Assembly (NCBI GenBank): GCA_964450455.1
Contig: CAYVCS010000127.1
Location: 1-30,141, forward strand
DNA length: 30,141 nt
From: an uncultured Gammaproteobacteria bacterium
GTDB lineage: Bacteria; Patescibacteriota; Patescibacteriia; Magasanikbacterales; GCA-002688135
Direction: 5' to 3'
The first letter of the stretch is position 1; each line of letters begins with the position of its first letter. Position numbers and translations under genes: made by a program. Of this stretch, positions 15,430 through 22,610 are shown in pieces. Below the pieces are notes generated by a model that worked only from the letters and a program-made list of their open reading frames with translations, ran no database searches and had not been told where the DNA came from.

Positions 15430-17991
15430 TTAATTAATTTTATAAATGGAAACTAAACCATGTTTGTACACCTCGTGTATATTGCTCAAACCAGACGAAT
15501 CAAAATGTCCCAGATATCTTTCATAGGGACCAACATACAAATAATCTGCGCGATACGGAAGTGCAATAATAGAGGATTTCAATACACGCGCGTCATTGAA
15601 TAATTTTTTAAGTCGTTCGTATTCATTTTGCGGAACTTTATATAATTCAGGATGAGAATAATCTGATTTCATACGACTCCTAAACGTATCGCAATACATT
15701 GTGTAGATAAGGTCAAAATCATAATTACGAATCATATTTTCAAATTTATTATATGAACCCCTAAATCCGCTGATAAACATTTTTTCGCTTACATCAAAAA
15801 TAGCGTACACATCAGCATATCTATGCTCCACTTCAGATTGTCTCGCGAGTGTGTAACATCCCAGTGGAACATACACATCCATATGGGTAAAAAACGGAAT
15901 ATACACATTCATACGAGTTGATGGAGTCACAATGACATCTCCATTCTCTGTATTCTCATTAATCCATCGAAAAGAATCTTGAATGTCAGTGGGAATTGTA
16001 TAAAGCGAAAATTCTCTTACACTCATCATGATAGTTAATGTTGTCGCACTCACTAAAAAAACAGCACAACTCAAAAGCATGATACGTTTTCCCCATCTAT
16101 GCATTGAGCGAGAATGATTCCAGAAAAAACGCTCTATCAATAATCCAACAATAACAAGAAGTGCAAATAATTTTGTATATACGGCAACTCTGCTTCCCCA
16201 ATGGTCTGGCTGTGGATTAAAGCCGATAAAAAGTTGCAAATTGATGACAATGTATGCGGGAATAAGTAATGAACCAAAAAAAAGTACTTTTTCTTTCTCA
16301 TGTTTCATGAAAAAAAAGTATAGTATTGCGCACATCACAACAACGAATATAAGCACATCAAACGATCCTTCTCGCACATATCTACCATACTCAATTCCTA
16401 CTCGTTCAACTAATTGCGGATATTCAGGAAGTGAGCGACTTTTCAGCATGTGGACAATATAGGGAATCGCGATAATCAAGGAAGTGGTGAAATACAACAT
16501 TATAGATTTCAAAAAAGTACGATAGAACAACAGCGTTCCTAGAAAAAGTATCAACGACATAACTGCCGCATATCCCGCATAAAAAAAATAAATATACGGT
16601 AATAATCCACACGAGATACCCGCAACAACTACTCGTATCCACGAAGGTTTCATCAGCATGCGAGCTGAACACAATAAAAAAATCAAGAAAAAAATAATTC
16701 CCGGCATAGGAATCATAAAACGCGTAACTGCGATATCAAATGAACGTTCAAAAAAATTAACTACACTAACGTCGTGAATATATGCGAGAGATGCAACAAT
16801 AATATTGGGGAAAAATAAAGTGATGATACTTATTAAACACGCACTTACTGTTGTCTTCAAAAAAACTTTGGCGAGATGATATAACACTAAAAATGCTAAC
16901 GCAGGAAACAATGCATCGCTCACACTATATACCCATGAAATATCAGTAACATTTAATAACCACAAAGGAAAACCGATAATTCGTGACAATAACATGTTTC
17001 CCCAAATATATAATCCCTGTTTATACTCATGTACATACGCATCCCCTTCTCTAAAATTACCGTCCACAACTTCACGAAGCCTTGAACCATACGCGGCCAT
17101 TTCGTCAAGCGTGGGAGCATTGAGAGAAAGTGGATGATATCCTTCTATGCCATACTGATGTTGCATATAGGGAATCAAGACATTAGGAATACTAAAAATA
17201 ATTGCAATGATACTTGCAATTACTAGAGCATACGTATGTTCAATAAAATAATTCTTCACCACACTCACACATCTTGGTGTAGACGAAAAAAAATACTCTA
17301 TTCTCCATCTCAATACTCTACATATCAATCGCAGATGACGTGGAATTTCTTTTTGATAACGTAATTTTGAATTACCAAATTCTCTATTTGCCAAGGGAGT
17401 TGGAATTTCCACAAATCTTGCTCCCGCAAAAAATAATTTAAAGAAAAATTCTATTGTTGTTTCAAATCCATTCGTCGTTAAACGTATTGATTTTGCAGAT
17501 TCAGTTTTTACCAAACGAAACAATGAGCTAATGCCATATACTCGTTTCCCACTCGCAAGTGAATACGCAATATTTGCAAGCCGACTAATCCAAATTCTCC
17601 ATTGAGGAATGTCGTCTCCGTAACCGGCAAGTCCATGTGAACCAATAACCATTTCAACATCACCCTCATTATAGCGGTCAAGTAAATTCTTAATGTAGCG
17701 TGGATGAAATGTCAAATCAGCATCCAAAAACACTAAAAGTTCAGAGCGACTATGCGCTATTCCCGTCCGCATTGCGGCACCCAGTCCTCCATTGCGCGCG
17801 TGTTGCACGACACGAAGATTGTCTAATCCACTCACATATAAACGTTGAAGCGTATCATCAGAACTTCCATCATTCACAGCTATAACTTCGTACGTTACAT
17901 TCAATTTTTTTAATTCTGGTTCAAGTATCTCCTTCAAACGAGGAATATTTCCGGATTCATTAAACGCGGGAATGATGATGCTTAAACGCAT
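15430..17991 (-). CDS. Fusion: polyprenol-phosphate glycosyltransferase (GT2, DPM1/ArnC-like) + GT-C-like membrane domain
   Basis: aa 1-~235 IIIPAFNE, NDGSSDDT, GLGAA, FLDADL, REFGNSK; then about 12 TM segments and a C-terminal domain ending YRADYLYVGPYER...VSIYKIN. Confidence 0.8.
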   Translation of the reverse strand: MRLSIIIPAFNESGNIPRLKEILEPELKKLNVTYEVIAVNDGSSDDTLQRLYVSGLDNLRVVQHARNGGLGAAMRTGIAHSRSELLVFLDADLTFHPRYIKNLLDRYNEGDVEMVIGSHGLAGYGDDIPQWRIWISRLANIAYSLASGKRVYGISSLFRLVKTESAKSIRLTTNGFETTIEFFFKLFFAGARFVEIPTPLANREFGNSKLRYQKEIPRHLRLICRVLRWRIEYFFSSTPRCVSVVKNYFIEHTYALVIASIIAIIFSIPNVLIPYMQHQYGIEGYHPLSLNAPTLDEMAAYGSRLREVVDGNFREGDAYVHEYKQGLYIWGNMLLSRIIGFPLWLLNVTDISWVYSVSDALFPALAFLVLYHLAKVFLKTTVSACLISIITLFFPNIIVASLAYIHDVSVVNFFERSFDIAVTRFMIPMPGIIFFLIFLLCSARMLMKPSWIRVVVAGISCGLLPYIYFFYAGYAAVMSLILFLGTLLFYRTFLKSIMLYFTTSLIIAIPYIVHMLKSRSLPEYPQLVERVGIEYGRYVREGSFDVLIFVVVMCAILYFFFMKHEKEKVLFFGSLLIPAYIVINLQLFIGFNPQPDHWGSRVAVYTKLFALLVIVGLLIERFFWNHSRSMHRWGKRIMLLSCAVFLVSATTLTIMMSVREFSLYTIPTDIQDSFRWINENTENGDVIVTPSTRMNVYIPFFTHMDVYVPLGCYTLARQSEVEHRYADVYAIFDVSEKMFISGFRGSYNKFENMIRNYDFDLIYTMYCDTFRSRMKSDYSHPELYKVPQNEYERLKKLFNDARVLKSSIIALPYRADYLYVGPYERYLGHFDSSGLSNIHEVYKHGLVSIYKIN

Positions 17992-18005
17992 AGGAGTCTT
18001 TTTAA

Positions 18006-18092
18006 TTTTTGATTGATGATTTTAGATTTTAGATTTACGACGACGAGCAACACGAAATCGTCAATCTAAAATCTAAAATCATCAATCTAAAA
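18006..18092. repeat. Family B heptamer hairpin, 35-bp arms with a 17-nt loop
   Basis: Left arm 18006-18040 and right arm 18058-18092 are 33/35 inverted; loop CGACGAGCAACACGAAA. Confidence 0.92.
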
Positions 18093-18100
18093 TCATCTTG

Positions 18101-18775
18101 CTAGAGTGAAATTTTAACTAAATCCGAATGTCGTTCACCTTTTTGATATACTCCACGACGAAGATATTGAACGGGTCCGATCCACGCTCCCGTTTGAATA
18201 AATGTTCCTGGTTCTAGCACTGTATTGCAACCAACTTTTACATCATCTCCAAGAACTGCTCCAAATTTAATCATCCCTGTTGACATAGTCCCAGCAGGAA
18301 TTGCCTTTGCGTCAAGACGATAATTTGCCAAAATCACTCCCGCGCCAATATTAGAATGCGAACCCAAAATACAATCGCCAATAAAATTAAAATGTGGCGC
18401 GGCGGCATGGTTCATCATAATTGTATTTTTTGCTTCGGTACAATGTCCAATGATACTTCTATTTCCTAAAATTGTATTTCCGCGAATATACGCTCCTGTG
18501 CCAATAATTGAATTTGGTCCGATATAACATGGCCCTTCAATATAGGCAGTCGGCTCTATTTTTGCCCCTTCTGCAACCATCACATCTCCTTTTAATATAG
18601 CTTGAGGATGAACAATTCCTTGAATCCACTGATCGCGAGGAGTTGCTGAAAATAATTTCTCAAGATATTTTTCAGAACGTTCAAACACTTGCCACACAAA
18701 CTCAACTCCTTCAAACAATTCCTTGTGCATGTACTCGTCTAAATTAAAGTAGCGTGATGGATGAAATTCATTCAT
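18101..18775 (-). CDS. Stand-alone hexapeptide-repeat protein resembling the acetyltransferase (LbH) half of GlmU
   Basis: IEGPCYIGPNSIIGTGAYIRGNTILG, EAKNTIMMNHAAAPHFNFIGDCILG, NIGAGVILANYRLD, KFGAVLGDDVKVGCNTVLEPG; no nucleotidyltransferase domain. Confidence 0.85.
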   Translation of the reverse strand: MNEFHPSRYFNLDEYMHKELFEGVEFVWQVFERSEKYLEKLFSATPRDQWIQGIVHPQAILKGDVMVAEGAKIEPTAYIEGPCYIGPNSIIGTGAYIRGNTILGNRSIIGHCTEAKNTIMMNHAAAPHFNFIGDCILGSHSNIGAGVILANYRLDAKAIPAGTMSTGMIKFGAVLGDDVKVGCNTVLEPGTFIQTGAWIGPVQYLRRGVYQKGERHSDLVKISL

Positions 18776-18817
18776 ATATTGTATAATGACATCAAGTAAA
18801 ATAAATTCTAATTCTAG

Positions 18818-19351
18818 TTATAGATGATATTTCGCAAGCGACCATGCCGCCAGTGTCATTCCATCATCAATTTTTTTGTCCCGAATCATTTGTTCAAATT
18901 CATCAATGGAAAATGAAACAACATTAATACGTTCTGTTTCTTCAAGCTGTTGTCCAGAATCCTTGAGACCCATCGCTACATATACATGACACAGTTCATT
19001 TGTTACACCATTCATCGGAATAAATTCACCAACTGAAATTAATTGTTCAGCTTCTATTCCAATTTCCTGCTTCAATTCCATTCGTGCCGCTTCTACAATA
19101 TCCATTCCTTCAGGAACTCCACCTCCCGGAAATTCATAACACATTCTATCAACTAAATAACGAAACTGGTGAGTCATTATAATTTTTTTTTCCAACGTAA
19201 TAGGCACAACAAATACTGAACCCGCAGAATGCACATACCAATAATTACCTCGTTTGCCATTTTCCATCACAAATTCATCATGCATGAATGTGTTCCATGG
19301 AGTTTTAAAAAATACTTCGCGAGATGTTGTTTTCCATTCAGGTTTTTTCAT
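18818..19351 (-). CDS. NUDIX hydrolase (ADP-ribose/NDP-sugar pyrophosphatase-like)
   Basis: Nudix box EFPGGGVPEGMDIVEAARMELKQEIG, HQFRY. Start placed at 19351 (MKKPEW) because the predicted promoter lies downstream of the alternative start at 19417. Confidence 0.9.
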   Translation of the reverse strand: MKKPEWKTTSREVFFKTPWNTFMHDEFVMENGKRGNYWYVHSAGSVFVVPITLEKKIIMTHQFRYLVDRMCYEFPGGGVPEGMDIVEAARMELKQEIGIEAEQLISVGEFIPMNGVTNELCHVYVAMGLKDSGQQLEETERINVVSFSIDEFEQMIRDKKIDDGMTLAAWSLAKYHL

Positions 19352-19368
19352 ATATATTTTCTTACGCA

Positions 19369-19397
19369 ATCCTAACAAGAAATCAGAAAATGAGCAA
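19369..19397 (-). promoter_or_regulatory. sigma70-type promoter (extended -10) for the NUDIX gene
   Basis: TTGCTC (19392-19397), 17 bp ending in TGT, TAGGAT (19369-19374). Confidence 0.55.
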
Positions 19398-19421
19398 CTA
19401 AAGGTACGGATCGTCATTTTT

Positions 19422-19450
19422 TTGACATGTTCTTAATTCAAACATATACT
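19422..19450 (+). promoter_or_regulatory. Near-consensus sigma70 promoter for the SGNH-MBOAT pair, predicted leaderless
   Basis: TTGACA (19422-19427), 17 bp, TATACT (19445-19450); ATG at 19459; no SD. Confidence 0.75.
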
Positions 19451-19458
19451 ATTTCCTT

Positions 19459-20493
19459 ATGAACGTGCGCGCGATTATTCAAAGCGTCAAAGTATACGCT
19501 ACATCCGAACAAGGACTTTTTTTTGCGATTTTTTTTGGCGCGACAATCATTTTTTCTTCTCTCATTATCATATGTGTAATTTTGATTGATCCACATGAGG
19601 ATTTTGGGACTGGTTTAATTGAACCAATTGTTCTTACCAACAGAACGCTCAAATTAAAATCCTTATCTTTAATGAATCCAAAACCAGAATTGCTTATTTT
19701 TGGATCATCGCGAACATTTACGTTTGATCCTGATATAATAATGCAACGTTTAGGCAAACAGACATTCAACGCTTCAGTCTCATATGCTCGTTCTGAGGAC
19801 TATTACGCACTTTTACGCTATAGTGTTGAAGAATTGCATATCACTCCGAAAACACTACTCATCGGTTTCATTCCCGCAGAATTTAATAACGATCCCTTTG
19901 AGAGACAATTGCTTAACAATAAGCAATTAGGAAAATACGTTGAAAATAATCCAGCATTCTCTCCTTTTTTTATCCTCAAAACAATTAAAGAAAAACTCAA
20001 TGCGCGTTTAGTGAATGACAGTATCAAATCATTTTTATTTCATACGACACGTACACAATTCAAACGAGTCGCTTTTCTTGAGAATGGAAAACAAGACACT
20101 ATTGACACCCCCTATTCTGAATCAGCAATTACTTCACAATATCAACATGCAAAAAAATTGTATCAAGGAATTTCAGAACCACCCATAAGTCGTTTGAATT
20201 ATTTCAAAAAAACGATTGATTACGCTTCTGACCATCATATCAAAATTATTCTCGCAATTTTACCAATCCATCCAGATATTGCTACAAAGCTAAAACTTGA
20301 AACTCCCTACAATGCATTTACCGCATCTCTCATGACGTATCTCAACTCATTTCCAAAAAATACATTTACGCTATATGATTTTTCCGATATTTCGTCGTTT
20401 AATGGAGAAAAAACTGGCTTTAACGATCCAACACATATGGATGTTGAAAATGTGCTGTTAATCACCAACAAACTATTTCCTGAAAAAAAGTAA
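19459..20493 (+). CDS. SGNH-like extracytoplasmic acyltransferase/esterase (AlgJ/DltD/PatB-like) with N-terminal membrane anchor
   Basis: TM helix at aa ~19-41, block I LIFGSSR, C-terminal DPTH (DxxH); adjacent to an MBOAT gene. Confidence 0.7.
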   Translation: MNVRAIIQSVKVYATSEQGLFFAIFFGATIIFSSLIIICVILIDPHEDFGTGLIEPIVLTNRTLKLKSLSLMNPKPELLIFGSSRTFTFDPDIIMQRLGKQTFNASVSYARSEDYYALLRYSVEELHITPKTLLIGFIPAEFNNDPFERQLLNNKQLGKYVENNPAFSPFFILKTIKEKLNARLVNDSIKSFLFHTTRTQFKRVAFLENGKQDTIDTPYSESAITSQYQHAKKLYQGISEPPISRLNYFKKTIDYASDHHIKIILAILPIHPDIATKLKLETPYNAFTASLMTYLNSFPKNTFTLYDFSDISSFNGEKTGFNDPTHMDVENVLLITNKLFPEKK

Positions 20494-20498
20494 CACGT

Positions 20499-21899
20499 AT
20501 GTTATTCAATTCATTCATCTTTATTTTCATTTTTTTGCCAATTACGTGGCTTGTATTTTGGATGCTTAAAGGAAAGCAGAATCGTTACACATGGCTTTCG
20601 TTCTCGAGTTATATTTTCTATGGTTATTGGGATTGGCGTTTTACCATACTCATGATGTTTTCTACTGTTGTAGATTTTACTATTGCAAAATGGATAGATG
20701 CTACGGACAACCAAACAAAACGTAAACTTCTCATTATGATGACGATTAGTATTAATTTGTTACTTCTTGGTTTTTTCAAATATTATACATTTGCCGCTGA
20801 ATCCGTATCATCACTATTACACATATTTTCTCTCAATTCTCCATTACCAACATTTTCAATCATTTTGCCTGTGGGAATTTCTTTCTACACATTTCAAACA
20901 ATGTCCTACACGATTGATGTATATCGCAGAAAATTAAAAGCAACACATAATTTTATGGAATTTAATTGTTTTGTTTCTTTATTTCCTCAACTAGTCGCAG
21001 GACCAATTGTGCGTTTTTCTGATATTGTTGACGATTTAAACAATATTGATTCAACTAACACGCAACAACAATTTCCTCGCGGACTTTCATTATTTATATT
21101 AGGACTATCAAAAAAAATGATCATCGCAGATACCATAGCTTTTTTTATCAATCCATTATTTTTAGATGTTAACTCACTTTCATCATTAACCGCATGGATC
21201 GCAATCATCGGATATACACTACAATTATATTTTGATTTTTCTGGCTATTCTGATATGGCAATAGGACTTGGATTAATGTTTGGTTTTCATTTTCCCGCAA
21301 ATTTCAATTCACCGTATAAAGCAGTAGATATTCAGGACTTTTGGCGACGATGGCATATTTCACTTTCCACATGGCTCAAAGATTACTTATATATTCCGTT
21401 AGGAGGGTCTAGGGGAAGCGAAATCAGAACATCCATCAATATGATGATTACGATGTTGTTAGGTGGACTATGGCATGGAGCAAATTGGAATTTTGTTGTG
21501 TGGGGAGGATATCAAGGGCTATTGCTGGGCATCACAAAACAAACCAAATCTCACTATGATACACTTCCCTATTTTCTACGTAGAATTATCACCTTACTAC
21601 TTGTCATTATCGGCTGGGTATTTTTTCGCACATTAACACTGCATGAATCAGGATTGATGCTTTCTAAAATGTTTAGTTTTAATAATTTACACATTCCTTC
21701 AACATGGACAGACGAATCATTGGTTATTCTTTATAGCGCACTCGCGATAGGAACCTACATCGCGCTTTTTTCAAAAAATACGAATGAAATTGAACATACA
21801 ACTTCCAAAAAAAGAGCGTTATTACTCGCATTACTTTTTGTCGTATGTCTCTTGTTGATGAATTACGGACAGCAAGCATTTTTGTACTATCAATTTTAA
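20499..21899 (+). CDS. algI: MBOAT family O-acyltransferase, AlgI-like
   Basis: MLFNS..F, LGFFKYY, LPVGISFYTFQTMSYTIDVYR, FPQLVAGPIVR, LYFDFSGYSDMAIG, FWRRWHISLSTWLKDYLYIPLGG, GLWHGANWNF. Confidence 0.93.
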   Translation: MLFNSFIFIFIFLPITWLVFWMLKGKQNRYTWLSFSSYIFYGYWDWRFTILMMFSTVVDFTIAKWIDATDNQTKRKLLIMMTISINLLLLGFFKYYTFAAESVSSLLHIFSLNSPLPTFSIILPVGISFYTFQTMSYTIDVYRRKLKATHNFMEFNCFVSLFPQLVAGPIVRFSDIVDDLNNIDSTNTQQQFPRGLSLFILGLSKKMIIADTIAFFINPLFLDVNSLSSLTAWIAIIGYTLQLYFDFSGYSDMAIGLGLMFGFHFPANFNSPYKAVDIQDFWRRWHISLSTWLKDYLYIPLGGSRGSEIRTSINMMITMLLGGLWHGANWNFVVWGGYQGLLLGITKQTKSHYDTLPYFLRRIITLLLVIIGWVFFRTLTLHESGLMLSKMFSFNNLHIPSTWTDESLVILYSALAIGTYIALFSKNTNEIEHTTSKKRALLLALLFVVCLLLMNYGQQAFLYYQF

Positions 21900-21911
21900 A
21901 ATACATCAATG

Positions 21912-22610
21912 CTAAAGTATTTTTTTTAATCGTATAATATCGCGAAGAATTTGGATTGAATGAGAAAAACGCATTTTTGTATGCGGATCATTTGTCCACG
22001 AAATAGGAACTTCTAAAACTGTATAGCCACTCTTTTGCGCTCTAACTATAAATTCTACATCAAAAATCCATCCTTTTGTGACGAGTTGTTCAAATATATG
22101 TTTAGTTTTTCTATGAAATACTTTAAATCCACATTGTGTATCATGAAACTGAAGATTGAATAGCATTCTCATCACACGATTAAATAATTTACCGTGTGTT
22201 TGTCGCAGTATGGATTGTCGTTTTACTAATTTTGAACCTTGCACCGCTCTGCTCCCCATATATATATCCGCACCATCTGCACGCTCTTCAATGGCGAGAA
22301 GCTCGTTGGGATGAGTGGATAAATCTGCATCTAAAAAAACTATCCACTCATATCTCGATGCCAAAACTCCTTTTTTTACCGCAGACCCTTTTCCTTGATT
22401 GTGTTTTAGATGAATACAACGAAGAAACGGATATTTTTTTTGTAACTCGCAGAGTTTTTGATACGTTTCATCTATAGAGCCATCATTCACCACAATAATT
22501 TCATATACTTTTTTATGCTCATATGCATATGCATCAACAACGCACACCACTTTTTCAATTGTTGCTGATTCATTATATGCCGGAATGACAAACGAAATAC
22601 TATTCATCAT
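21912..22610 (-). CDS. GT2 polyprenol/dolichyl-phosphate beta-glucosyltransferase-like
   Basis: VIPAYNE, NDGSIDET, NQGKGSAV, FLDADLST, DTQCGFK, GWIFDVE, EVPISW; ATGA overlap with the upstream gene. Confidence 0.9.
   Translation of the reverse strand: MMNSISFVIPAYNESATIEKVVCVVDAYAYEHKKVYEIIVVNDGSIDETYQKLCELQKKYPFLRCIHLKHNQGKGSAVKKGVLASRYEWIVFLDADLSTHPNELLAIEERADGADIYMGSRAVQGSKLVKRQSILRQTHGKLFNRVMRMLFNLQFHDTQCGFKVFHRKTKHIFEQLVTKGWIFDVEFIVRAQKSGYTVLEVPISWTNDPHTKMRFSHSIQILRDIIRLKKIL

Noticed and set aside
18782-18787. Plus-strand TATAAT as a promoter
   Set aside because: It points antisense into the NUDIX gene with no -35 or downstream ORF; likely chance.
3973-21913. 13-bp matches between 3973-4007 and 21895-21913 (ATACATCAATGCT and its neighbour)
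   Set aside because: Matches of this length are expected by chance in 30 kb of AT-rich DNA, and one copy is inside a coding region.
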